The notes under the pieces were generated by a model. That model did not search any database. It was not told where the DNA came from and was given only the letters and a program-made list of their open reading frames with translations. From Lobosporangium transversale (Eukaryota): DNA of 64,000 nucleotides. The translations under genes and the position numbers were made by a program. Below, one piece after another: positions 27,483 through 39,360 of this stretch; position 1 is the stretch's first letter, and each line of letters starts with the position of its first letter. The stretch lies in the NCBI RefSeq assembly GCF_002105155.1, contig NW_019029000.1:248001-312000 (forward strand). The letters are read 5' to 3'.

Positions 27483-27891
27483 GTATCGTGTCACCAGAAC
27501 ACGAGAATTAATCAATTCATAAAAGGCATCGCCGTATTTTTTCTGGGACGCCGTCCATCATTTTTGTGATTGAATTGTGCACGCAAGGACCCTTTTTTGA
27601 TTGCATGTAGAGGAGTAGAAAAGTGTAAGCATTGACAAAAAAATCCCCAAGGATAAATTTGTTTTTAAGTCTTGCCGAATTTGTTTTATTCTAATCGAAT
27701 TATGCGTTTGTAGACGGCTCAATGATCCTCTCCGTGGAGAGAAAAATCTACTTTCTGTTTCTCGATCTATTCCGCCACTTTTGTTTGTTGCGATTATTTG
27801 TTTGTATTTGTTACTTGTTACTTGAAATGTATTCGTCAAGAAAGAAGAAAAAAAAAAAAAAAAAAAAAAAAAGATGAAAATGAGTGAGACA

Positions 27892-28159
27892 TTAAACAGC
27901 ATTATAGCCACGTCCTACAGCGACCGCAGCGTAGGATGAAGGTTCATTCGAGCACATGTCAGGCCTGCAGTGCTCGCTTGAATTCGAGGAGGTTTCGAGC
28001 TGGATAGTCGAATGATGAATCTGGAACCGTCCACAAACCAGATTCTGAGCCTCTGTCAAGATGCGATCATAGTCTGCCATCGTCAGGCCCTGGTTTGTGA
28101 CCAGACTCTTGGGCGCCAACTGCAGATGAACAGCCATAGAGGGCTATTAGATTGTATTT

Positions 28160-28198
<39 letters not shown>

Positions 28199-30306
28199 AT
28201 TAAGAATTTAAGTATTCCAAATATGGTGTCATTAAATGTGGTTTTTCATTTCCCGCTGTCAAATGTGACATACTTTGCCAGCTGTCAAGTTCCAGACATG
28301 CAGATCGTGGACAAGGGTCACACCAGGAATGTCGAGAAGGCTCTTTTCAATTTCTTCAGGGTCAATATGTGTGGGTGTACCCTCCATCAAAATACCAAGA
28401 CTGTCCCAAACAAGACGATAAGTTGTGAACAGCACCAGGATCGAGAAAAACACCGTACAGATTGGGTCAACAATCGTCCAGCTGGGCTTGACCATGATGA
28501 CAATTGACGCAACCAGTACACCCTATATCAAAATAGCCTTATATGAGAAGATATCCATAATTGTAACAGATTCCATATGATCATTACATTTGCGATGTCA
28601 ACATACAACAGATGAAATCAAATCGCCGATAACATGCAGAGTTGCGGCCTTCACATTGATGTTGACCTCCTATTGAGTAGCAGCATTAAAAACATTTCAT
28701 GTTAATATAGTTACTTGAACGGGCGGTTGAGCAGTGAGGAAGAGCAAGCAACACATTTACAACGGATGGATTGATAAAAAAACTTTCTTACTACCTTCTT
28801 TTGCGCAGCAGCAGCCTTAGAAGCATTACTATCGCCATGGTCGTGTGAATGAGAGTGGTTGTGCTCATGGTTATGTTCATGGCTATGACCGTGACCGTGA
28901 CCGTGACCGTGACCGTGATCGTGGCCATGGTCGTGTCCTAAAGCGAAAGCAAGACTATGGCGAAAACAAAGTACTCAAAGAGTTAGACCCAGATTGAAAA
29001 TGACAAAAATCGATTACTTTGTCATTTGATAGATAGATCAAAAAGTATCTAGTATTGCATACATAATGTTGATAGCTACACCAATACTGGCGACCAGACA
29101 CATTGTCTTGCCATCAATCGTCTCTGGGTTCCTGATGCGCTCAACAGCTTCCATTAACAGGAAGGCTGTTAGGATCCAGATGATAAATACAGACATCAGT
29201 GCAGCAAGGACCTCTGCACGATGATATCCAAAAGAGTGGCGTTTAGTTGCAGGCTGTTCCGAGAGCCAGATGGCAACCAACGAGATCATAAAGCTAACAA
29301 CATCTGGCAATAACAAAAGAGCAACAAACGTCAGAAGGCTAGAATTCTACTACAAAAAATACAAGATGCATTAAATCTACAACAAGATGAAACCCATCAA
29401 TCAAAAGCACAATATAAAATCGCCTTTAGGCCGTATAGGAGCAAAGCAAAAAAGAAAGAGAGCTTTCGATCTGTATGATACAACAGGCACTACGCAGAAG
29501 AGATTTCAAAATAACATACCTGACAACAAGTGGAAGGCATCACTCATTAGTGCAAGCGATCTAGCAAAGTAGCCACCCACCATCTCCACAGTAAAGAAAC
29601 AGAGACAGAGAATCGTAACAAAGATAAGCTTGCGCTTGTTTTTTGTAGACTCATTAGTGATCAAGACACCTTTGCAGGCAATTGGTGGTGGTGTCAAGGA
29701 TCTTTGAGGTGACATGGCAGAGTCATTATTCTCGCTGTCATTCGATGGATTTGCATCTCGAGTTGAGCCATAACTCTGACCCAGTGATTGTTTTAGAGGA
29801 GTAGATGAAGACGAGCTCCTGGGGATAGTGTGGATGATGCTCTCACCATCAACGCTCTGAGGACCATGGACATGTCCCGAACCATGGTCATGAGAATGAT
29901 TATAGCTATGACTATGATTATGGTCGTGGTTATGGTCATGAGAGTGAGAAGAGTGAGGATGAGAGTAGCCATTGACTTCAGTAGTTGGAAGTGTAGGGGA
30001 TCGTTGCGGATTGCGTGAGCGGGCAGGCTCTTGAGGCTGCAGCAAATGCTGTTGCTCGTCTTCGTCGCCATTGCCATGACCATAATCATTGTTATCATTG
30101 GTCTGTTGTCTTTGCTCTGCCAAGGGGACGTTACTATCAACAGGAACATTAATATGGTTGACAGTAGACGAAGGGTGCGAGAGGTTAGAGTCAGAAGGAG
30201 CAGGTGAAGCAGGTGCAGACGAGGCAGAAGCAATAGAAGCAGCGGTAGTTGAAGCGTTAGATGCAGCAACTTGGGCCTTTTGGCTCTTTTTCTTCCTTGA
30301 GCCCAT
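27892..30306 (-). CDS. Cation diffusion facilitator (ZnT2/ZitB-like) zinc transporter, multi-exon
   Basis: SLALMSDAFHLLSDVVSF (HxxxD), SFGYHRAEVLAAL, His-rich loop encoded partly by (GTGACC)n at 28891-28914, NVKAATLHVIGDL, DPICTVFFS, ILMEGTP, VHDLHVWNL, HSTIQLE. Confidence 0.93.
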
Positions 30307-30549
30307 GATGCGTGAAATATCTGATTAGAAAAGAAGAGTATGAGAAAGAGAGAAGAGAGAGACAAATTCATTTCACTTTTGTCCACACATTGAAAAAGAC
30401 CTGTGGCTTGCTGGGTGTTACCCCTTTTTGTTTTAAACAGGAATGCACTCTGCATCCGACTTTGTCTTGGATCTATTTTCCTGATCCAAATATAAAGCTA
30501 CGAACTTAGTTTTAGGCTCCTGCAACCGTGCTTATAGATGTCAAATGAT

Positions 30550-31800
30550 CTGTTCATCAACTGCCTTTATAGCCTCAATAAATAACAATGGGCTCCTTCA
30601 CTAAGAAAAGTCTGTGAAAGCTCCTTGTATCTCTTGCTCAAAGCCGTGATATCTATATCTTTTTCTATTCAACCTTCCTTCTACATCGTTTATTCCAATT
30701 ATCTATCCGGCAATGAATACCGACTTGAAAAGTGTTCCAGGTCGCGATATACTGACTGAATCCTAGCTATGATAGACGCCAGCAAGCGTTCATTTAGCTT
30801 CTTCTCTGCCACGGCTGAATGCAGGGCTGCATCCTTCATTTGACTATTAGGCCTTGTTACCCTTCTCGGAAACACCAAAAGCTCTCTCCACTAACGTCCA
30901 TGCATCTCGGGGGAACCTTGGTAAACTAGTTCCTCCTCTTACTTTCCCACTTCTCCTTCCACCATTCACGGAATACATGTCACCGTGATTCCCTTCCCAC
31001 TGGTGCCACCTCTGATCAAGCATTCTTCTGGTCCACAATAGGCTCAAGACAGCTCCATAGATGGTGGTTTGCCTCAACAGCCTTGTTACATCATCTGCTA
31101 GTGTCAGTACTGTATAGATCAAGATATCGTTCCTTGATTCGATATGCTCACTGCTGGTGGTCCTGCATATTGGTATGTAAGGCTCTTGGAACATGCGGCC
31201 TCAGTCCAGTCTCGAATACACATAAGCCTGCGATCATGGTGGTGTCACATAGCTGCTTATAGCTTTGAGATCTGTCGAAGATCTTGGTCAACTGGTGCCC
31301 CTACGAATGAAGCATAATGCTTCACTTAATGTATCTCTCGTCTTCATTTGTTAAAGGTTTGACGCCATCGTCTAAGTTTATTTTTATTTGTCTGTCTGCG
31401 ATATATAATGATACACAACTGCTTACCGTTGTGCAGAAGCTGAACGCAGTCTCTGTCTAACGAGTGATGCCTGTCATCGTTGAACTGATAGTTTGAAGGC
31501 CCTTTAAGCCTACTATCGTCCATGAATACATTGACGGCAGTATCCTTGGAATAGATAAATTGTCGCAAATGAGCCATATAGTTTGGCGTAGGTTGACGAC
31601 GTGTACCCTCTTGGCTGATATGGGGCGCTGTCGCGAAGTACGGGGACAAGGATTTCAACAAGCAGCTGGAGGCCATACTGCAGACGTCTATGACGTACAA
31701 CGATAGGAGCAATAAGTCACAGCAGTTTGCTAATTGTTGCTGCGAGGTTAGGGGCTATTTTATGTAAACCAAGGCGTTGTTCGTGGACATCGATCATGCT
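30550..31800 (-). pseudogene. Degenerate coding remnant of unknown family
   Basis: Short minus-strand ORF fragments (31344-31712, 30847-31194) with a clean GTAAGC...TTAG intron-like segment near 31373-31426 but many stops. Boundaries are approximate. Confidence 0.3.
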
Positions 31801-32622
31801 TGCAGTGCTCATGGCAGAAAAAAGTTTGATGCATCGCATCAACGTGCTTAAGATGAAAATTTATGGTTTGCTCTCAGAACAAGCTCTGTTGCTTGAAAGG
31901 ACGCTTTGACGCTTTGACGCTTTGTGTTATTTTTTTTTTTCATAAACTTGCTTCAGCTTTACATAAAAGTGGTCGTAGTAATCTTTTTGAAAATCGACGT
32001 CAAATGTAGCTTTCGTCGATAAAATGAAGTGTATATATAATGCGATAAACTATATTTCTAAGAAAGTAGTGTTGACAAGGAAGAAAGGTGAATTAACAAT
32101 GGAATGAGATATTTTTTAACAAGAAATGTCACAGTCGTTAATTGGACGAAACAAGTGACTCGAAAAAATCAGATAGGATGGAATACGGCTGCTCCACGCC
32201 TTTTCTTCATGCAAGTTTCCATTAAGAAGCTGACCTTTACACCTGTCACTTCATGATACTTGATATCGTCTGCAACATATTGGTCTTCTATTGAAGGTAT
32301 TCGGATTGTTTTTCACACTTCAGCTCACGCTTGGGTCCTTTAAAGAGATTAAACTCTTGGATGCTTTAGACGGCCAGTTTGCCGTAAGGAATTCTTGCCC
32401 TTTATAAAGAGACGCGCCAAATATATTTATAAATAAAAACAGTAAAGGCTGCCGTGCTACGGCCCTACTCCCTACTTGACCTGTTGCGCGCGAAGGTCAT
32501 CCTTTAACCGCAGTCCTCAACTATTACAAATTTACAACTTTTCAAATGCACCATCACCGCCAATCCTACTGTTGGTAGCTTGCCGCCACCCGCCGATCTG
32601 CATCGGTTCTAATCGCCTTCAC

Positions 32623-32977
32623 TTTTTTTTTTTTTTTTTTTTTTTTTGATAACAAGGACCAGGGTCATGGGATTTATTTTCTATACTCCATGAACAAACT
32701 GCTCCAGAAACTATAGTCAACAAACAATTATTACTGCACAAACTGTGATCACGATTTTACATGATTTGTACCAGGTTTCTGTACGACCGAATTCTTCTAT
32801 GGTCTTGACGAAGCGCTCTGCTGTCATAAATTCGTATCTGATGCTCCAGTCACCTCTTGGCCCAGTATGACGCACGCTTCTGCTTATAAATTGCTTTTTT
32901 TTTTTTTTTTTTTTTTTGATATCTGGGACCTACGAGGTTGTGAGGATTTATTAGAGATAGACTCTATAAATGGGTTA

Positions 32978-33013
<36 letters not shown>

Positions 33014-33323
33014 ATAACAAGGATCCACGAGGTCATGTAGGATTTATTTAGATGTTAGCTCTATAAATGCTCTATAAATGCTCTATAAATGCTCTATAAA
33101 TGGGTTACCCTATTACTAGGGGTGCATATAAAGCGTTTTCCAATAACCGGTCTTAACCGCGTCGTTGAACTGTCACTGTACAACATCCTATTCACAAACC
33201 ACGTCAGCATGAGTGGTAACTCTTGATACCAACGGAACCTGTGGCGAGCCTTGCTCCCTACTTGGGTTGTTTTTTTTTTTTTTTTTTTTATAACGAGGAC
33301 CCTCTGGGTCATGGGTTGGGATT
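32623..33323 (-). mobile_element. Chain of four 5'-truncated poly(A)-tailed retroposon (LINE/SINE-like) 3' ends
   Basis: Four T-runs (32623-32647, 32895-32917, 32980-33012, 33270-33289), each followed by a related motif (G)ATAAC(A/G)AGGA-CC...GGTCATG (unit 2 more diverged). On the minus strand units 1-3 read AATAAA, short hairpin, (G/T)ATC-type end, poly(A). Confidence 0.7.
33058..33101. repeat. Tandem 11-mer (GCTCTATAAAT)x4 inside retroposon unit 3
   Basis: Read directly. Unit 2 carries a single copy (ACTCTATAAATGGGTTACC). Confidence 0.9.
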
Positions 33324-33442
33324 CAGAGGCTCATACCGATGTCTTACCGCTGCCATTTTTGGTTAGTCCTCTATCAATTACAAAAGGTTTATTAAGTGGT
33401 AGGCTTATAATTGACTAATACCGATATCGGTATGAGTCTCTA
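33324..33442. mobile_element. Miniature inverted-repeat element (MITE-like, about 119 bp)
   Basis: Terminal inverted repeats CAGAGGCTCATACCGATGTC (33324-33343) and GATATCGGTATGAGTCTCTA (33423-33442) match at 17/20. GTTGGGATT is present on both sides (33315-33323 and 33448-33456). Confidence 0.6.
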
Positions 33443-33671
33443 TGTCAGTTGGGATTGCTGAGGGACAATCGCGGGTCACGTGGAGTGCAATGTACTCAAG
33501 TATAGTTTGTTATTACTATAATTATAGAACCAAGCAAGTTGTCGTAGAGCATCTACTAGTGATCTCTGGAAACTAGTAGGTAATGATGAAAAATGAAGAA
33601 TTGGGCAAGAGCCTCGTGGTTTTGGGATACGATAGTGATCCTAAGTAATGCTTTGAATGATTTTGAGGATG

Positions 33672-33795
33672 CTGCAAAAGGGCATCGATAATAAGAAGAG
33701 AGATCTTTAATAACTGCTAATTTTCTGAGAATTCATAATGAGAATAATGAAGATAAACTCACCTGCAAAAGGGCATCGATAATAAGAAGAGAGAT
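33672..33795. repeat. 33-bp perfect direct repeat CTGCAAAAGGGCATCGATAATAAGAAGAGAGAT (33672-33704 and 33763-33795)
   Basis: Read directly from the sequence. Confidence 0.9.
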
Positions 33796-33938
33796 GCCGT
33801 TTTTGCAGTGAAGGAAAAAGCTACTTAAATACTATTTAAAAATGGTAGAAAATAGGATGATAGGAAATAAATAAATTGAAAGGAAATACATATTTAAGTA
33901 AATGAATAGGCGTCATTTACGACAAAAGTCAAGAACCG

Positions 33939-34012
33939 GCTCTTGTGGCGCAATTGGTTAGCGCGTCTGACTGTTAATCAGGAGGTTGGTGGTTCAAGCC
34001 CACCCAGGAGCG
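33939..34012 (+). tRNA. tRNA-Asn (GTT), intronless
   Basis: Acceptor stem GCTCTTG/CAGGAGC, A-box TGGCGCAATTGG, anticodon arm TCTGA-CTGTTAA-TCAGG with GTT at 33973-33975, T-arm GGTGG-TTCAAGC-CCACC, short T-run downstream. Confidence 0.97.
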
Positions 34013-36172
34013 TACTATTTTGTGGATTATATTTTGCTCCTTGAGTAAGTGGCTCCGCACTCCCATATAAATACACGACAGATATTCTTCCTCTTTTTAT
34101 TCTGTGGCAGCATATCAAATTGACAAGGGACGATCCAGTTTCTCAAAATGATAGCCACCTTTTGGAGATCATTTCTCCTGACAAGTGTCTGCTTGTCCAT
34201 CTCGTTATATTTTTTTTCGAAAAGTCTATCCTTGATCCTCCGCAACAACGACAAATCAATATAATAACTATCTTCCAGAATGTGCAAAGTGATATGAATC
34301 TTCAGGCACACTCGTTAATTCCGTGCTAAACCCATTCAAAAATAAAAAAATAAAAAAAAAAGCATGAAAGCACTTCTTTCTCCACAGTCATCGCCTTCTC
34401 GGATGCCAAAGTGGACGGTCAGCAATATAGTGGTTGTGGACGTAACGTCTGGGGCACACTTTCTTATAGGTACTTAAATGAGGGAAGTGTGACTTATTAG
34501 TTGATCAAGGAAAACCTAAAACCGGGTAAACGGAGTAAAGGACGATACTTTCAATACTTAGATCAAGGTCTCTTTGAATCCGCTTGAGTTGCAAGTAGGC
34601 TGCTAAGGTGACCAAACCCGCTTTTAAGAATATTGCTTGTGAATGCCGTTTAGCGATTGCCTTTCCTTGATAAAAATTTTTGTCGTGCTATTAACAAGGA
34701 ACGAATAACACCTACTTGGCCCAATAAGAATGACTCCTCCGAGGATAACTCCTTTGTGATGGTAATTTATGGGCTCCAACACTTGTCATAGGTTTCTCGT
34801 GGCCTAGTTTTCATTTAAATGAACACTTTTTGAGCAGCCTGTATATTGGGTTAGCTGCCAATCTGTTGGGATACTCGAAGAGGTAAGAACGGGGCCGTGC
34901 AAATATCTTTTTCCACTTTTTTCTACGTTTAACTATTTACACATCTCATTTTAGGATCTAATGAGTTTAATACAGGGCAAAACACCTGCATTTGATTGTG
35001 TACCACATCATCCTCTTGCCTTTATTTCACATGTCGGTTTGATCAGTAACGGTCAGAAGATAGACACGTTTAGATTTTTTTCTAATACAAATATATACGC
35101 AGCTAACATCATTGAGAAATGATAGGGAGAGAATAGGATGAAAAGGGAAAGTAAATGCACCAACATCATTTGAGGAATCCGTCGAAGCACTACAATAGCC
35201 TTGCCCGTTCTCTTTGCATTGGCGATCCATCCTTTCCGAAGTGGCTGAAATGGTTTGAGGAATCTAGAGGGACTATTTCGTTTTCCGTCATGTGCGTCGT
35301 TCCTTAAGGGCACCATGGAGCATCTCTCTTCATTATGTTCCTATTGTCCTATAGAGAGGCCGGTTAGATGGATCTTTGACGACCTAGTCTCCCGCTGTGA
35401 CTTATTGACAACCATTGATCTCCTTTTGAAAGCCCAAGGATAGTTAAAATTCATGTATCAACACATTTTTTATGGGGCTTCGGGCGTTGTTGGCTATCAA
35501 TAAGAATAGATAAGGACTAGGGGAGCAAAGTAAGTTCTGAAGTGGGACAAGCGAGGAGTAGAGAAGTGGACAGGTGGAGGAAATGACGGTGAAGAGTAGT
35601 GTACATATTTCAAGCAGTATCTCATGAATATCCCATGGTAACCACGATCGAGAAATAAACGGATAGGAAGGGGGAGGAGAAATCAGGCTGCTTGAGTAGG
35701 AAACTCTTGACCATCTGGCTGCGTAATAAATTTCTTAGGAGATATCCTACAGTTCAATAGCTTTACTTTCACAACCCTTGACATCACCCACGTTTGGCGA
35801 GTCCAGGTTCTTGATAGATTTATATGCGGCGCGCTATTATTATGTATCATTGGATATTTATTTCTCAAGAAAAAAAATAAGTAAAATGTCGCTTTGATCT
35901 AGAGTAGAGAGAAAGCAGCTTTTATTATTACTTGATTCGCTTGGCATATAATTTTGGTGGCAATGTAAACACCGCTGCAAATGTAGGACGAATTAAGATT
36001 AAGGACACGCGTTTGCTTTTCTATATCCTGTCCTATATAAACAAAATCCCAACCAAAATAAAATCAAAAATAATAATAATAATGATAAAATGGATGGGGG
36101 CCTTCAAGTAGTACCTCCTTTTAAAAAGCAAAAAAGCATAGAAGTACGGAGATACGGAGATAGAGAGGTCCA

Positions 36173-37013
36173 TTAGCGGTAAAACGTCCATTGGCCGTTA
36201 GTGAGAGGGCCAGCGCAGATACGACCATCATGGCGAGATACTTGAAAGTACTACATGCATCAAGGACAAGACAAAACCATAGTTTTTATCGCGTTAGTAT
36301 ACACCAGAGGGACAGCCATAGAGATAGGGACCCTATAATGTTCTTGTACAGCTACAGAGCAACTACTTACAATTGCATTTACAATAATCACTTTATCACC
36401 AACGCAAAATTCAGGGATGTCTTCTTGCTTTTGGAACCCCAGGAAGACAGGCTTTGCGATGCCAGTTTTCGTGTCCTTGATGAAGAAGCTGACTTCCCAT
36501 TCTAATTGATTAGAAGCGTGAGAAGAGAGGGAGAAAAAAGATAAATGCCAGTAGTTTTGAAAAGATCGTTTTGACTGGCTTTGCCTCAATTTTTTTTTTA
36601 TATTTTTATTTTTTACCTCCACTTCCATCATTACTAGGGACCGCACCACGGATATGAGAGACTAATCCTTGGACATTAATGCCTTTCATCATCAGCCCAC
36701 CGGGCAGAGCGTTCAATGGAGTGAATTTCTACGTACGAAAGTGATTATTTGTGTTTAGTAAGATGGCTCATTTAGGGTTGCTCAAGAACATGGGGGATAA
36801 TGTCTTACTAAATGCTTATATGCAGCCATATCTAAATACAGACAATATGTTGCGGATGGGAAGAAGAAGAAGAAGAAAAAAAAAAGAAAATAGAGAGGAA
36901 TATATAAAGGCAAGTTATACTTCGTACAGCAAAGGCCACATGCTTTTACAAGCCGTTTCAACGACGATGCTTTGACACTCCGCTATCGCTCCAGACTTCA
37001 CTTCAAAAGCCAT
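36173..37013 (-). CDS. Single POT1-like OB-fold protein, paralog D (about 137 aa; first exon uncertain)
   Basis: Exons 36921-37013(?), 36617-36728 (112 nt), 36371-36501 (131 nt), 36173-36250 (78 nt): KFTPLNALPGGLMMKGINVQGLVSHIRGAVPSNDGSG-EWEVSFFIKDTKTGIAKPVFLGFQKQEDIPEFCVGDKVIIVNAI-YFQVSRHDGRICAGPLTNGQWTFYR*. Confidence 0.65.
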
Positions 37014-37103
37014 TTTTTGTTCAGGTGTTTGTGAGTGGATTTATTTGCCACAAAATAATATATTATATGGATATCGCAAGGAAAAGACTTTAGCTCAAAA
37101 TTA

Positions 37104-37740
37104 TCAATCTAATAGCATTCCCTTACGCAGATGATGAAGGGTTGCATTGCTTCTCTGCGTCCCTGAGGCGTCATAGATGTACCAAAAGCTACCGTTCCGA
37201 CAGCTTGCACATACATGTTCTCCAGTTGGTTCAGCATGAGTCCACTACTAAAGGATAGACAATCAGTAATGAGCAATAAATACGAAAAAAAAAAAAAAAA
37301 AAAAAAAAGACGCCTTTTAGATCAAGTTGATATCTGGCAATGATTCCTTAAAAGCATAGATATGGACCCAAGAGCGACGTCTTACCAAAGCATTCAAGAT
37401 AGTGACCCCTCGGCCAACCCGGATACCATGTAGCCTTTCATACTTAGCTGTGGTTATGTAGACTGAACGCTCAGTTTCTGTGCCCTCGTCTTTAATGTCA
37501 AGCATGATCTCCCACACTAATATGGCACATTGATGCCAGTATAAGATGATGATAGGGACAAGAAAAGCAATAATAACGGCCAGGTGTTGGTGAACAACCT
37601 TTTTATTCTGTTTATATGTATGTATTTATCTTACATTCAAGCGCGCTGTTGAGGGATGGAAATGCTGCGTTCACGATCATGCCCTCAGCAATGAATCGTG
37701 GCCCGTCAAGCCCAGGTATTAATACATTGAAAGCAGCCAT
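37104..37740 (-). CDS. Single POT1-like OB-fold protein, paralog C (about 125 aa; start and end uncertain, may splice into D)
   Basis: Exons 37635-37740, 37386-37516 (131 nt), 37104-37244: MAAFNVLIPGLDGPRFIAEGMIVNAAFPSLNSALE-LWEIMLDIKDEGTETERSVYITTAKYERLHGIRVGRGVTILNAL-WTHAEPTGEHVCASCRNGSFWYIYD... Confidence 0.55.
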
Positions 37741-38037
37741 AGGACGCAAAGTTGCTGTTTTTATTCTCCAATGATGGTTTATAGCTGAACATGAATGAAA
37801 TTAAGTGCTTAGAGCAAAAAGAAAGACGATTGTGCAATTTTTTTTAGCTGTTGCTACTATGTTTGATGATAACAATTATGATTTTCTGCTTTTTTCTTTT
37901 CTTTTCTTTTTTTTTTGTCATTCACCAAAAAGGCCTCTCGCTGAATCAATCACTAGAAAGCTGAATATTGGTAATCGAAGCAAGTTGTGCGGTATGGCTT
38001 CTGCTACTATTTTTGTTCCTTGGATACCTTTTTTCCT

Positions 38038-38865
38038 TTATGTCGCTATGGTAAGGCTGTCAGGACAAATGGTCCATTTCCCATCCATACGAGTGTCACC
38101 ATGGATCATGTCGCTTGAAAAGTGGCCCCACTTTGGTCCGTAATCCATATTAAGAGAGAAAGATAAAAGAGTCAGCAGAAAAACGCGTGAGCGGATTTTT
38201 TTTTTCACATTCTCCATTTCCACATCTCTCGTGTGCTTTCGTCACGGCTTATTTTCCCTTTACCGTCATATTGGTGAGTATGATATTGAACCCAATCCCT
38301 GCAGGCGGGAGTAGCTCCTCCTCTGGGCTTGTAAAGTACACATCGCGTTCATTCTTCCCATCCAAGTCTTGGATCTTGAAGGGGACACCAAAGCCTTTTA
38401 GAGAGAAACGTAGGAAGAGTCATTCCGGTTGATCAGCAATCCTTTTTTGTTTTTATTTCTATTTCTATTTCTATTTTTATTTTTATTTTTTTGCGTCTTC
38501 CTTGACCACCCATGCAGCTATTCCCGCCCTCTCTTACCTGGGACTCCATACATGCATCGAGATGGAATGCCACCGACTGATATTCTACCTTGGACGTTGA
38601 TCCCATATGCCTGGCGTTTGGGTTCCAGTTTCGACAAAGGGGTGAAGACCTGCTTTTTTTTTTTTTTTTTTTTTTTTACAATGTTTAAATATCATCGATT
38701 ATGTGTTCCTATAAAGTAATCAAGAAGCATACCTTCCTTTTCTTTCCTTTTTGCAAAGTTCATTTAACTATACACACAAAAAAATGATTAAAAAGAAAAA
38801 GTACTCACAGGCAATTCACTCCTTTTTTCCTGTTGAGTAGGAGAGAAGAAAGGAAAATTGCACAT
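38038..38865 (-). CDS. Single POT1-like OB-fold protein, paralog B (about 130 aa; first exon uncertain)
   Basis: Exons 38809-38865(?), 38538-38649 (112 nt), 38264-38394 (131 nt), 38038-38130: VFTPLSKLEPKRQAYGINVQGRISVGGIPSRCMYGVP-GFGVPFKIQDLDGKNERDVYFTSPEEELLPPAGIGFNIILTNMT-WGHFSSDMIHGDTRMDGKWTICPDSLTIAT*. Confidence 0.65.
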
Positions 38866-39226
38866 AGTGTGATAGCTGTGGCAATATAGAAAAGAAGAAG
38901 AGGCCAAGAAAAAGAAGAGAACAAGAGCTCTTTCAAGAGGGTAGAGCAAAGGTAAAAAATGACTATTTTTCATGTTCACAGTTCAATCCAATTCCACATG
39001 TCATGGTCTTCCCTCGGATTGCAGAAATAAAAAAAATTAGGACTGATCTCTTTACTGTTTCTGTACTGATCATCGATTAGGGAATAGACTTTTGGGGGAA
39101 TAGTGTACTTCAATGCTACGCGTCTCTTTCATTTCTTCATAATATGTTTTAGCATACGTAAGTTGCATATCCAAAGACCCTCATTTCAAAGGCGCCGGAT
39201 TCGTTGTGGACACAAAGAATAGTCTT

Positions 39227-39328
39227 TCAAGTACTGATACTCCAGCTACAGCCAGCGAATCGAGCATCCGCATGGATCTCTCGACCATCAAGCGTCTGAT
39301 TCCACTATAACCAAATATAAAGAGTATT

Positions 39329-39360
<32 letters not shown>

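Noticed and set aside
32550..32622. Possible HDV-like ribozyme next to the retroposon chain (hairpin followed by CTAA)
   Set aside because: P1, P2 and P3 pairings of the nested double pseudoknot could not be built.
32623..33323. CRISPR-like repeat-spacer appearance of the repeated motif
   Set aside because: Eukaryotic context, degenerate repeats attached to poly(T), very unequal spacing and no cas genes; better explained as retroposon ends.
33547..33799. GAGCATCTCT...AGAGATGCCG as Tourist/Harbinger-like TIRs
   Set aside because: Only an 8/10 match and no clear 3-bp target duplication.
34027..35870. Short minus-strand ORFs downstream of the tRNA
   Set aside because: Fragmented, with no family motif recognised; counted only as part of the decayed island.
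39227..39229. In-frame TGA in OB module A as selenocysteine
   Set aside because: It falls at the same exon position as module D's terminal TAA, and no redox motif or SECIS was evident.
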